From: Alphaproteobacteria bacterium
Lineage (GTDB): Bacteria > Pseudomonadota > Alphaproteobacteria > GCA-2731375
Direction: 5' to 3'
Assembly: GCA_965232515.1 (NCBI GenBank)
Contig: CBDDPY010000002.1
Span: forward strand, 6,432,001-6,496,000
DNA: 64,000 nucleotides
In this document: positions 41,320 to 50,939 of the stretch, in pieces
How the letters are laid out: the number at the start of each line of letters is the position of its first letter
Numbering within the stretch: position 1 is the stretch's first letter
Made by a program: the position numbers and the translations under genes
Notes under the pieces: generated by a model
Told to the model about the DNA's origin: nothing
Seen by the model: the letters and a program-made list of their open reading frames with translations, nothing else
Database searches by the model: none

Positions 41320-43584
41320 ATGGTGAGATTGGCCCGAATCGCTCCACTGTGGATTGCGCTCATTCTCGCGGTGCCGGCCGTCCCTGCCGCCGCGAAAGAC
41401 CACGAGAGCGTGCTGGTGTTGAATTCGTTCGGGTCGGGCGACTATTTTTCCGAAGCGGTGATCAGGGGCATTCTCGAAGCCCTGTCCGTGCGCGAAGGGC
41501 TTGTTCTTTACGTCGACCACCTCGATGTCGAGCACGACCCGGCTGGCCGCCAACTCGAGAGATTCCGCAAGCTGCTCGCCGATCAAGATGCAGAGAGCGT
41601 CGATGCGATCATCACCATCGACGAGCCGGCACTGTTGTTTGCCTTGCAAGAGCGGGAGTTGATCGGCGCACGAACCCCCGTCATCTTCGGCGACATCAAG
41701 AGCATGTCGCCGGCGGAGCTTAACGCGCTGCCGAACACGACCGGCGTGCTCGGCCGCTACAACATCGAGCGCACCTTGGAGGTAATGTCCGCGCTGCACC
41801 CCGACCGCTCTTCCGTCGTGGTCGTTGGCGACGGGTCGGCGCGAAGCCTTCGGCTGCGCCGCGACTTCGACCGGGCGCGCGTGCGTTTCGCCAACCGGTT
41901 CACATTCCAGGACTCAGACAGCGAAACGATCAGTGAGCTTGGCAACGAACTGGCGACTCTCGGAGCCGGTCACCTCGTCTTCTACCTGTCGTTCGTCGAA
42001 CAGGCAGCAGGGTTACGGCTGAGTTTTTTTGACAGCGTCAGCCGCGTTGCGCGCGCCGTCGACGCGCCCGTCTACGGCGCGGTGGAGGACATGGTCGGCT
42101 ATGGCATCGTCGGCGGATATCTACAGAGCTCGCAGCTTCTCGGCCAGACGCTGGGAGCACAAGTCATCGAGGTGCTGGACGGAAAGGATATCGCCGCGAT
42201 CCCCATCGTCGAGGAAACGCCGCACCGGTTTGTCTTCGACTTTCGCGAGCTCGCGCGGTTCGGGATCCCGTTGCGAAAGCTCCCGGCTGGGAGTCAGGTG
42301 ATCGAAAAGCCCGACACGCTCTTCTACCGGTATCGCGAGTACCTCTGGTTCATTTTTTTCGTCTTTGTGGCGCTCGTCTTCTACATCGTCCAACTCCGCA
42401 TCAGCATTCAAAAACGTGACAAGGCGCGTCGGGGATTGGAGCGCCTCGTTGAAGAAAGCGCGAACCCATTGTCGATCGACCAGCCCACGCACCTGCTGGC
42501 CGAGATTTTCGATCGGCTGAAGACCGTGGCTCCCTTTTTGGAGCCGCGCGGGCTTTACAGGGGCAGGAATTCGGCGGATGCCGGGAGCGTCATGGATTTT
42601 GTCCCATTCGGAAAGTTCAGGGGCGGGGCACAGGCGCCCAACCCGGCTCTGGTCAAGCGGGCGATCGAAACCGGACGAAACCAGTTCGACAGGAACGACG
42701 TCCTGCTGGTCTTGGGGAACGACAAACTTCCCGCGAACCTCGCCTATTTCCGGACGGCGCGCCGCCTGGATGCCTTCGATCAGCGGCTGGTCGACCTCTT
42801 TACCCGAAACATCTCGATTGAGTGTGACAACATCGAGGCGGTGCGCCTGTCGTCCTCGCTCGAGAGTGCGCATCAGCTTCAAGATGCCCTGCTGCCCAAA
42901 GAATTCGGCAAGATGGCCGAGGCCTTCGACGTCGACGTGCATGCCCTGGTACAGCCGGCCCGGCAGGTCGGCGGAGACCTGTACGACCTCTTCCCGCTAG
43001 ACGACGACAGATTGTGCCTGGTGATCGGTGACGTCGCCGACAAGGGCATGCCATCCGCCTTGTACATGGCCATGACCCGCACGCTCGTGCGCGCGGCTGC
43101 GGAAACGGAGGCGGATCCCGGCGTCATTCTGCAGAAGGCCAACACGGCGCTCTGCCGCGAGAACAGTCAGATGATGTTCGTCACGCTCTTCTGCGCCATT
43201 TATACGCGCGGTTCGGGTCAACTCGCCTATGCCAATGCGGGGCACTGCCCGCCATTCATACGCAGCGCCGATGGAGAAGTCACGGCCCTGCCTGTCCAGA
43301 CCAACATCGCGCTGGGCGTGCTTCATGACGCGACCTTTCCGGCGCAAGCGACGACGCTGCCGGTGGGTGCCACGCTGCTGATGTTTACCGATGGCATTAC
43401 GGAAGCGATGAACGCGTCCGGCGAGCCATTCCGGGAAGCCCGCGCCAAAGCGGTCTTTTCGTCCAACGGAGCCGCCTCGGCTCACGAGGCGACCACCGCC
43501 ATCGTCTCGGCCGTTGAAGCGTTTGCGGGTCAAATCCCGCAGTCGGACGACCTGACCTTGCTGTGCCTCCGTCGCGGGCCCTGA
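41320..43584 (+). CDS. Membrane-anchored sensor PP2C/SpoIIE phosphatase (RsbU/BtrU-like) with periplasmic substrate-binding-like domain
   Basis: Signal peptide, ~310-aa periplasmic domain, TM segment (LWFIFFVFVALVFYIV), PP2C motifs GGDLYD, IGDVADKG, FTDGITEA and DDLT. Starts 14 bp after sctV. Confidence 0.9.
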   Translation: MVRLARIAPLWIALILAVPAVPAAAKDHESVLVLNSFGSGDYFSEAVIRGILEALSVREGLVLYVDHLDVEHDPAGRQLERFRKLLADQDAESVDAIITIDEPALLFALQERELIGARTPVIFGDIKSMSPAELNALPNTTGVLGRYNIERTLEVMSALHPDRSSVVVVGDGSARSLRLRRDFDRARVRFANRFTFQDSDSETISELGNELATLGAGHLVFYLSFVEQAAGLRLSFFDSVSRVARAVDAPVYGAVEDMVGYGIVGGYLQSSQLLGQTLGAQVIEVLDGKDIAAIPIVEETPHRFVFDFRELARFGIPLRKLPAGSQVIEKPDTLFYRYREYLWFIFFVFVALVFYIVQLRISIQKRDKARRGLERLVEESANPLSIDQPTHLLAEIFDRLKTVAPFLEPRGLYRGRNSADAGSVMDFVPFGKFRGGAQAPNPALVKRAIETGRNQFDRNDVLLVLGNDKLPANLAYFRTARRLDAFDQRLVDLFTRNISIECDNIEAVRLSSSLESAHQLQDALLPKEFGKMAEAFDVDVHALVQPARQVGGDLYDLFPLDDDRLCLVIGDVADKGMPSALYMAMTRTLVRAAAETEADPGVILQKANTALCRENSQMMFVTLFCAIYTRGSGQLAYANAGHCPPFIRSADGEVTALPVQTNIALGVLHDATFPAQATTLPVGATLLMFTDGITEAMNASGEPFREARAKAVFSSNGAASAHEATTAIVSAVEAFAGQIPQSDDLTLLCLRRGP

Positions 43585-43646
43585 AACGGCACTAGACGCC
43601 CTGTCATGAGCTGACCCTTGGCAGCTTGTCACCGGCCGTGTCGTAC

Positions 43647-43666
43647 CGGTCCGAATTCGGTCCGGT
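43647..43666 (+). promoter_or_regulatory. T3SS-locus direct-repeat box, copy 5
   Basis: CGGTCCGAATTCGGTCCGGT; GTCC at 43649 and 43660. Confidence 0.75.
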
Positions 43667-43780
43667 CGCCGGCCGTCGGGATCGCTAGAAATCACGCAGT
43701 GGAACTGGCCTTGCGCTCGGGATCGCCAAGCGACGTCCCTTCGCGATGCCATGCCTGCAATGGACAAGAGGTCTCTCGCG

Positions 43781-44254
43781 ATGCCCAACGACTCGACGCT
43801 TGCAGCCCTGCTGCACGACGCCGGCCCGCTGCTCGAAGACGCCGACATCTACGACTATCCGGACGCAGCCGCGCATCAGATCGTCTTTGACGACGACTTC
43901 GACATCATCCTCAAAGGTGACGCCGACCGCGAGGTGGTGGTGCTCGAGGGCGACCTCGGCAAGCCGCCGGAAGGGTCCGAGCCGCAGCTCTATCCGATGC
44001 TGCTTTCCCTTGGCCGGATTTGGGAGACCACCGGCGGGCTCCAGTTCTCCGTCGATCCGAACGACGGTGAAGTGGTCCTGCATTGGGATCTGGGTGCGGC
44101 GAACCTGGACGCCCAGAAACTGCACGCCGCCCTGCTCAGCTTCGCCGAACGCATGGTCATCTGGCGCGAGGTGGTTGCAAGCGGTGGCGTCGAGGATGAC
44201 GACCGCAGCATTCAGCCAAGCTCGGAGTCCGGCGGCGAGATCATCGTCGGCTGA
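43781..44254 (+). CDS. Class IA T3SS chaperone (CesT family)
   Basis: Acidic ~157 aa; TGGLQFSVDPNDGEVVL...LLSFAERMVIW. Confidence 0.82.
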   Translation: MPNDSTLAALLHDAGPLLEDADIYDYPDAAAHQIVFDDDFDIILKGDADREVVVLEGDLGKPPEGSEPQLYPMLLSLGRIWETTGGLQFSVDPNDGEVVLHWDLGAANLDAQKLHAALLSFAERMVIWREVVASGGVEDDDRSIQPSSESGGEIIVG

Positions 44255-44304
44255 CCGCGGCCAGGCAGGCCGCGCTACCCGATGCTAATCCGAGGAGCGC
44301 AACA

Positions 44305-46329
44305 ATGCCGAACCCAATTCCCAGCTTCCGGCAGGTGCAGGCTCATCTGCTCGAACGAAATGTTCGGAATGCGAGCGAAATCCGCGGGGATTTGCACACC
44401 GGTCCATACGTGCATCAGGCGCCAAACTTCATCACGAGGTTCTGGCGTAGCCTGGCGTCCAGGTGTACTTCGGCGGACAACAACGCGCCGGCGCATCGGC
44501 CGGCGGAGAGCGATATCCCGGCCGAGCGGGCCATGCGGGCCCAAGCCAGGGTTCTCGGCAACTACACCTCGAAGCAGCTTGCGAAGGTTCAGGTCCATGG
44601 ATCGATGTCGCGCTCATACGGCGCGGCGTTCGCGGACTGGGCATTCCAAAGCGCAGGGGTCGACAAGAACAGCAACCGGGCGCTGACCGGTCAACAGGAC
44701 TTCCAGCTGGCACGGCTTGCGGCGAGTTTCGAACGGCATCTCGACCTGACCGGCGGCAGCGCGCGCTACCAGTTCGTCGACGCCATGCTCAATGTCGAGC
44801 AGACCAAACTGAACGACACGTCTGACGACAAGGTCGCGTTTCGCGTGGCGATGAAGGACACCATCGATCAGTTCATCAGCAACAGGACGAGCGCGGTGCT
44901 GGGCCTGTCGCACGGCGAAGTTCGGTCCCTGATCAACCAACGAAACCATTTGGACGAACTGAACAACTCCGAACTCGAAGAACTCTATTTCAAGCTCTTG
45001 CGCATCAGCGACGGCGCGCGGGACAAGCTCGCCAACAACACGACGGATGCCGCCCACCTGGAGTCCTTCAAGCGCAGGGTGGCGGGGCACGAATCCATCC
45101 TGGGCAAAATCGCGCAATGGAAGCGCCACGTTCAGCTCCAGAAAGAGCAACCCAGCAAGGCGCAATGGCGAGCCTACAAGAACCTTAACCGCAACTACAT
45201 GAAGACCGTACGCGGCCCGAAGGCGTGGGCGGTTACGGATCCGTTCAGGTTCTTTCAGAGCAAAGCTGGCAACACCCATTTGAAGCCAAGCCGACAGCCG
45301 CTTGCCCGGCATGACCCGAACCCCTTCAAGCCTCTGAGCGTGCCCAAGGACAGGCTCGGTAAGGCACGATACTTCCACCGCAACCTCAAGGGGCTGAGGA
45401 CACTGGGCGGCATTGTCGGCCTTCGCTTCCTCAAGCTGGAACAATGTCTCGACCAGGCGGCGAAGGGCGACTATCGGCCAGATGACCTTTTGGACCACCT
45501 GCGGTATGCGAGGTTTCAGCTAAACCGCACGTCCATTGACGATATGACCTTCGGCACCGCCGATTTCGTGGGAACGTTCGACATTTTTCTCGGCAACCTC
45601 ATCGAGGCCGTCAGCGGCGAGGGCCGCGTCGCCATTCCCAAGGACGGACCCGAACCCCCGCCGCCGGCAAGCGCGCGTGCCCGCCAGATACAGAACGCGT
45701 TCACGCCGAACGATTTCCGTTTGGAGCATGTCATGCCCGACGGCCCGGCGGCGAAGCAGCTCACAACCAGGCAAAAGGAAGCTTTTGAACACCTGCGTCA
45801 GGCCGTGCTTGAGGTCGATAAGATCACGCAGAAACAGAAGCTCTTTTCCAGAGACCTGAGGCTGGCCCTGATCGACTTGTTCGCCCACGATTCTGATAAC
45901 CTGGCCAAACCACTTCGACCGGACTCTGACGACCATCTCATCGACCGAAGCGCTTACGACCGGGACTTCAGCTTCCTGGCGGACAAGGTCAAGCTTTCGG
46001 CGACGAATTTGGCGCTCGACGCCGGTTTCCTCGCGACCCAGGCGGAAAAAGCGGTGGCGGAGGCGAAGTCGGCCCTGGCAGACAATCGCAAGGCCTATGC
46101 AAAACACAGGAAGAATGGCGACAAGGCAGCGATTAGGGAACTACGTGACCGTCATACTGAAATCAAACGGACTGCTCATGACTTGGAAGCCCGGCGTGCC
46201 GAGCTGACCGATGCGGTGGTGCTGTTCCGGCACATTGCGTCCGCCGCTTCCAGGATCGCGGAGACGCACGAGGTGGCGCCGCTACAGCACAAGCGGCAAC
46301 GGATTCTCGGCCTGGGCGATGACGCCTGA
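44305..46329 (+). CDS. Putative T3SS effector 1 (674 aa, no recognised domain)
   Basis: Directly downstream of a CesT chaperone; no signal peptide or TM; C-terminal coiled coil. Confidence 0.7.
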   Translation: MPNPIPSFRQVQAHLLERNVRNASEIRGDLHTGPYVHQAPNFITRFWRSLASRCTSADNNAPAHRPAESDIPAERAMRAQARVLGNYTSKQLAKVQVHGSMSRSYGAAFADWAFQSAGVDKNSNRALTGQQDFQLARLAASFERHLDLTGGSARYQFVDAMLNVEQTKLNDTSDDKVAFRVAMKDTIDQFISNRTSAVLGLSHGEVRSLINQRNHLDELNNSELEELYFKLLRISDGARDKLANNTTDAAHLESFKRRVAGHESILGKIAQWKRHVQLQKEQPSKAQWRAYKNLNRNYMKTVRGPKAWAVTDPFRFFQSKAGNTHLKPSRQPLARHDPNPFKPLSVPKDRLGKARYFHRNLKGLRTLGGIVGLRFLKLEQCLDQAAKGDYRPDDLLDHLRYARFQLNRTSIDDMTFGTADFVGTFDIFLGNLIEAVSGEGRVAIPKDGPEPPPPASARARQIQNAFTPNDFRLEHVMPDGPAAKQLTTRQKEAFEHLRQAVLEVDKITQKQKLFSRDLRLALIDLFAHDSDNLAKPLRPDSDDHLIDRSAYDRDFSFLADKVKLSATNLALDAGFLATQAEKAVAEAKSALADNRKAYAKHRKNGDKAAIRELRDRHTEIKRTAHDLEARRAELTDAVVLFRHIASAASRIAETHEVAPLQHKRQRILGLGDDA

Positions 46330-46532
46330 CGAACCCAGCGGCAGGACTGGGATGGCAGGAGCGCGTCGGTCCCACATACCTCAAAGGCGGCGGCGTCGGG
46401 GTCACGCCGACCGAGCCAGGGGACGCCTGCTCCGAGGGCCACACGCTGCGACGGTCGGTCGCAGCAACCTGAAGACCCCGTCGCCGGCCGATCCAGTCGC
46501 ACCATCGGTCAAGGCGCCGGGAACCGGTGCCA

Positions 46533-46552
46533 TGGTCCGAACTTGGTCCGGT
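46533..46552 (+). promoter_or_regulatory. T3SS-locus direct-repeat box, copy 6
   Basis: TGGTCCGAACTTGGTCCGGT; GTCC at 46535 and 46546. Confidence 0.75.
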
Positions 46553-46630
46553 CTCGGTTTCCCTGGGAATTATAGATCGTAGGTCGTTGGGGTTGCGCCA
46601 GGGCGCGCGGGTTATCGAACGGAGACATCT

Positions 46631-47107
46631 ATGTCGAACGCTGGACTCGTAAGGGATCTCATGTCCGAAATCGGGCCGATCCTGGAACTGCGCGGGATCG
46701 TGGAGATCAACGGCGAGGCGAAATGGGTGCTCGACCTCGATGGCGAGCACGCGGTCGTCGTGGAGCATGCGGCAGCCGACGATCGGCTGTTCTTCACTGC
46801 AGAAGCGGGCGTGCCAGAGCCGGCAGCGCGCCTGGTCTGCTACGAACTGCTGCTGGCCTACAACGCCCTGTGGCGGCAGACGGGCGGCGTGCGCATGGCC
46901 GTGAACGGCGAAGACGGCGCGGTGCTTCAGATCGCCGACGTCGCCGTCGAGGGCCTCGACGCGGCCGCGCTGGCCGAGGTTCTTGAGAACTTCTTCGGCA
47001 AGCTCGGCGAGTGGATGGACATCATCGCGATGGATCCCGACCAACGCGCCACCAAGGGCGCCGGAGGTTCGGCCACGTCCAATGGCGCCGGCGCACTGCG
47101 CGTCTAG
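46631..47107 (+). CDS. Class IA T3SS chaperone (CesT family)
   Basis: YELLLAYNALWRQTGGVRMAV...LENFFGKLGEW. Confidence 0.88.
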   Translation: MSNAGLVRDLMSEIGPILELRGIVEINGEAKWVLDLDGEHAVVVEHAAADDRLFFTAEAGVPEPAARLVCYELLLAYNALWRQTGGVRMAVNGEDGAVLQIADVAVEGLDAAALAEVLENFFGKLGEWMDIIAMDPDQRATKGAGGSATSNGAGALRV

Positions 47108-47180
47108 GCGCGGGCGGGCCACGAACTCAATCCGACAGGACCCTTAGGTTTTGGGTTGCACCACCGAGGAGTGGAAAACG

Positions 47181-49382
47181 ATGGGCGACAAGATCCATGA
47201 CTTCAATGGCCTTGTGAACAGGTACGCCCTGCACCCGAGCCAGCCCGGCAGCGGCGAGACACTGCGCGTCGGACAGCCCAATGCCTCGGGCACGAGGCAG
47301 GTCCACACGGCGGAACGCTACAAATCCCGGTTTTTGGGGAATGAAGCCCCGCCAAGAAGCACCGCGCAATTGAAAGAGATTGCGAACAGGATCGCCAGAC
47401 ACGAGAACGTGTCGGACGAGGAGCGGTCAGACCTGGACGAAGCCGTCGCGAGGGAAAAGGTCAAGACGCTGCTGCATCGGGAACTGGACGGCGACTCGCC
47501 TCTCGCGCAGCGCGTCCTGCAGGACTACAAAAACCTGTACGGCCACGATCTGCAAACGACCTCTGTATCGCGCGCCGATCTCTATCGTCTGAGCGTGACG
47601 GCCGACCGCGTGCGCCAAACCGTGCAGGAAGAACGCGAAGCCATGATCGTGGTGAACCCACGGATCGAAGCGACGAAACGCGCGGTGCGCATGATCACCG
47701 AGAGGTTCAGCGCGGCGAAGAACAAGGGGCCGGACCACCAGCAGAAGCTGCAGGAGCTCAAAAATCTGCAGACGGGGCTTGACGAAATCGGCCCGCGCGC
47801 GAACCCCGACGAGGTGGACGCGATGGCGAAAAAAGTCATCGATGAGATCGGCCTTCACGAACGCTACTTCGGGATCGGACGAATCCGGTACGGCGTGAAA
47901 GCGAATTTCCGCGAGACGCTGAACTTGGCGCGGGCTGCGGTGGATCGGGAGCTGAAAGGTCAGGACAAGTCGCCCGAACAGGAGCAGTTGCGCTTCGCGA
48001 TGAATCACATCGTGACCCAGCTTCAGGATCACCGCCAGCAAATCGAAGAACGGATCGACAACCTGAGCCAGGCCATCGAACGCAATTCCTACAAGGGCGC
48101 TTTTGGCAGGGGTCATCCGGAATATCTGGAGCAGACCGGCCGAAACCCGGTGGATGTCAAACAGTTGAAGCGCGATCTGCTGCAACTCAAGGCGGCGCAC
48201 CTCTGGATCACGCGGGCGTTGCCGAGCCTCTCGAACATGCGCAGCAAGCTGACGCATCTGAGCATCAACCCGGAAACGGATTTTGCGGCGGCCGCGGCGG
48301 AGGTCGCTGGAAAGCTCCGGTCGATCGACACCTCGCTGAACAGGCATTCGGATGTCCTGTCGAAGTACGGTATCTCCCACGGCGTGGACCTTGGGCCGGC
48401 GGCCGACGATGTCTGGGAGGACGAAGACTCCATCGATGAGGAGTACGGCAATGACAGCGCCGTAGGTTCCGGTGACGAGGAGTTCTACTATCTCGGCGAT
48501 GCCAATCGAGGCCGCCGTCCATCCGACGTCGCCGACGTGGTGGCGTATGCAGATCTTTTCGACGGCCTCAAGGAGGACAAAGCAGGCGTCCTGGCATCGC
48601 GCATGGAGGCGCACGAATCCATTGCCCAGCGGCTGGCTGACGCCACGAAGGACCGGGTTTGGCTATGGACGCCAATGGCGGCGATTCCGGACGGGAGCGG
48701 GCTTTACCGGAGCGCTCAAAGGCAAACGATCGCGGAGCAGCAGCACGCGCATATGTCCATGGATTGGGCGCCGGGCAACGACGACGCGCCGGAGATCCGG
48801 CAGGAGATGCAAGCCTTCGCCAGCAAGAACGATGGCGCGGACCCGTTCAGAAGGCGGATCCTGCGGGTCGGACGGGAGCACCGGCATGAGTTGCTTCGAC
48901 AGTTCAATGCCGAGGCTGCGGCGATGGATTTCGGCCACGACGACAGCGCGTACGGCGCCGCTCTGGTGCGGTTTCAGCTAAACAATCTTGCCAGCCGGCT
49001 GCTCGGAGATGTCGTTTCGAACCGCGTCGACCGCATGTGGGCGGTCGAAGCCGACAATTTCATGAGAGAGAACGTCTGGCCGGAAGGCATATTGGACCGT
49101 GCGCCGCTGCAACAATCCACGTTCGGTAACGAAGACTTCCAATCGGCGATCGGCCAGTTGGAGGCCCATGCCAGAGCGGCGGAGGCGGCGGCCAATAGCG
49201 GGCGCCGCCTGCAGCGACGCCAGCTCGAGGCCATGAAAGACGTCGCCACGACGGTGAGGTGGTTTCTCGAGAACGATTGGGCCTTCTCGTCAGACGAGTC
49301 CGCTGACGTCTACTTCGGCCAACTCGACGATATCGTCAGGATCTGTGACGCGCTGACTGACCGACAGTCGGACAATGTATAG
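47181..49382 (+). CDS. Putative T3SS effector 2 (~733 aa, no recognised domain)
   Basis: Follows a CesT chaperone; GAGGAG RBS before ATG 47181; helical with an acidic central linker. Confidence 0.7.
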   Translation: MGDKIHDFNGLVNRYALHPSQPGSGETLRVGQPNASGTRQVHTAERYKSRFLGNEAPPRSTAQLKEIANRIARHENVSDEERSDLDEAVAREKVKTLLHRELDGDSPLAQRVLQDYKNLYGHDLQTTSVSRADLYRLSVTADRVRQTVQEEREAMIVVNPRIEATKRAVRMITERFSAAKNKGPDHQQKLQELKNLQTGLDEIGPRANPDEVDAMAKKVIDEIGLHERYFGIGRIRYGVKANFRETLNLARAAVDRELKGQDKSPEQEQLRFAMNHIVTQLQDHRQQIEERIDNLSQAIERNSYKGAFGRGHPEYLEQTGRNPVDVKQLKRDLLQLKAAHLWITRALPSLSNMRSKLTHLSINPETDFAAAAAEVAGKLRSIDTSLNRHSDVLSKYGISHGVDLGPAADDVWEDEDSIDEEYGNDSAVGSGDEEFYYLGDANRGRRPSDVADVVAYADLFDGLKEDKAGVLASRMEAHESIAQRLADATKDRVWLWTPMAAIPDGSGLYRSAQRQTIAEQQHAHMSMDWAPGNDDAPEIRQEMQAFASKNDGADPFRRRILRVGREHRHELLRQFNAEAAAMDFGHDDSAYGAALVRFQLNNLASRLLGDVVSNRVDRMWAVEADNFMRENVWPEGILDRAPLQQSTFGNEDFQSAIGQLEAHARAAEAAANSGRRLQRRQLEAMKDVATTVRWFLENDWAFSSDESADVYFGQLDDIVRICDALTDRQSDNV

Positions 49383-49662
49383 CCCGTAGCCCTTAGGCGC
49401 CTCGGACGGGAGCGGTGAGGATGCGCCCGACAAAGCGCCAAGGCATGCACATGTATTACTGTGGCTCGCGATGGCCTGGTCGGCGTCCCGCCTGCGCGGC
49501 GGCCGATAAGCCGCAGGTTCCGTTGACGCCATACTTGTTGTTTCCCTGGCGGAAGTGGAGTGCCTTGCACTCCTCGGGCGCGCCGCAAACAACGCCCCGT
49601 TCGACCATGATCTCCCTGAGCCGTTCCGCTAGGGAGGTCTGGGGGATCCCTACCGGTTCTCT

Positions 49663-50664
49663 TTAGTTCAGCTGCGCGAAGAACGTATTCAACGTGGCGA
49701 TGGCCTGTCCGTCCGGCTCGATGTCCCGCGCAATGCGGTCGGCGACGCGCCTTTCGATCCACGCCCTGTCGTCATCGGACAGCTCCGTAGGCGGATTCTT
49801 TTCACGCAGCATGCGGAGATAGTTTCGGATGTGCCGCCTCATGTCGGCGCTCGGGGGCCTGCCCTTCAGGCCTTCGGCGGCCAGTCCGGTCAGGACGTCG
49901 ACGAGCCCCGATTTGACCAGATCCGTCCGTTCGGACGGATCCTCCGGTACCGCGTTTTCCAGGGTCCGATACACGAGAGGGCGAAACAGCGGTGTCAGCC
50001 TCGGCTCGCCCGACCTGCGGATGACATCGCGCAGGGTCTCAAGCACATCCGAATCCGGCGCCAGGACCTCAGCCGGGACCAGGTCCGCCAGCACCCGGTT
50101 GGCCACGTTTTCCACGATTTCGTCGATTTCCTGATTGCTCAGCTGGTACCGGACGGCCGAAGCCGGTGGACGGCCCGATGCCGCGAGAGCCGCTTCGCCA
50201 TCGAGCAGGTCCAGATAATGCGTGACGTTTCTGCGCCACGTCGTATCCGGGTTGCCGTCGCGCAGTCCCTGCGCGATGAATCCAACCAGCGAGTCCTCTA
50301 GCCCCGATTTGAATTGCTGGATCCGATCGGTTTTCGCGTCTGCGCCGGTCTCGTCGCGGACGGACCGCGCCCACCAGACCGCCAGTCTCTCCGCCCAGCG
50401 TACCAGCCGGCCTTTTTGCACGGGCACCCGCGCTTCGGCCACGCTAACCGAGGGACTGTCGTCATTCAGGCTGATGCTGTGGCTTCGAATCGACTGTGCG
50501 GACGTCAATCGCGCGCGGCGCTCCGTCGGTCCCCCGACGGTGGCCTCACGCCTGGTGCCGTACGCCCTATACCTATGACCGGAAGTCTCGGGCGATGGCA
50601 CTGTCGGCTCCGGCAGCAGGACATCCCCGGTATCGCTGCGGTACGACACTCTGTTTTCCGGCAT
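49663..50664 (-). CDS. Putative T3SS effector 3 (core ORF; probably part of a disrupted gene spanning 49456-50931)
   Basis: Downstream of a CesT chaperone; the same frame continues with protein-like sequence past both flanking stops. Confidence 0.6.
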   Translation of the reverse strand: MPENRVSYRSDTGDVLLPEPTVPSPETSGHRYRAYGTRREATVGGPTERRARLTSAQSIRSHSISLNDDSPSVSVAEARVPVQKGRLVRWAERLAVWWARSVRDETGADAKTDRIQQFKSGLEDSLVGFIAQGLRDGNPDTTWRRNVTHYLDLLDGEAALAASGRPPASAVRYQLSNQEIDEIVENVANRVLADLVPAEVLAPDSDVLETLRDVIRRSGEPRLTPLFRPLVYRTLENAVPEDPSERTDLVKSGLVDVLTGLAAEGLKGRPPSADMRRHIRNYLRMLREKNPPTELSDDDRAWIERRVADRIARDIEPDGQAIATLNTFFAQLN

Positions 50665-50939
50665 GGCGTTCTGAACCCGTCTTGCCTAGGGTCGATGGCT
50701 CAAGGCGCATGGACCGTCCCGGTCGGCGCCGCGTGCCGACCTGACGTCCGGCCGCATCCGATGCGCTTGGTTCTTGTCCCCGGACGGAAGGAGTGCGGGG
50801 CACCGGCTCGGTCTCAGATTGCCGGAGTCCCGCCTGCCGCCGTATCTGCCGGTATCGGTTGACGAGTCCGTTGTGTCGAATGCCCGGACGCACCGCGGTC
50901 CGCTGGCGGATGAAATGCTGCGTTCGGGCATCGGCAGAT

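Noticed and set aside
21457-50688. Amber recoding to explain the in-frame TAGs in two effector-like genes
   Set aside because: TAG is the normal stop of ilvB, ilvN, ilvC, mrdA and several sct genes here, and no suppressor or Pyl machinery is seen. Decay is simpler.
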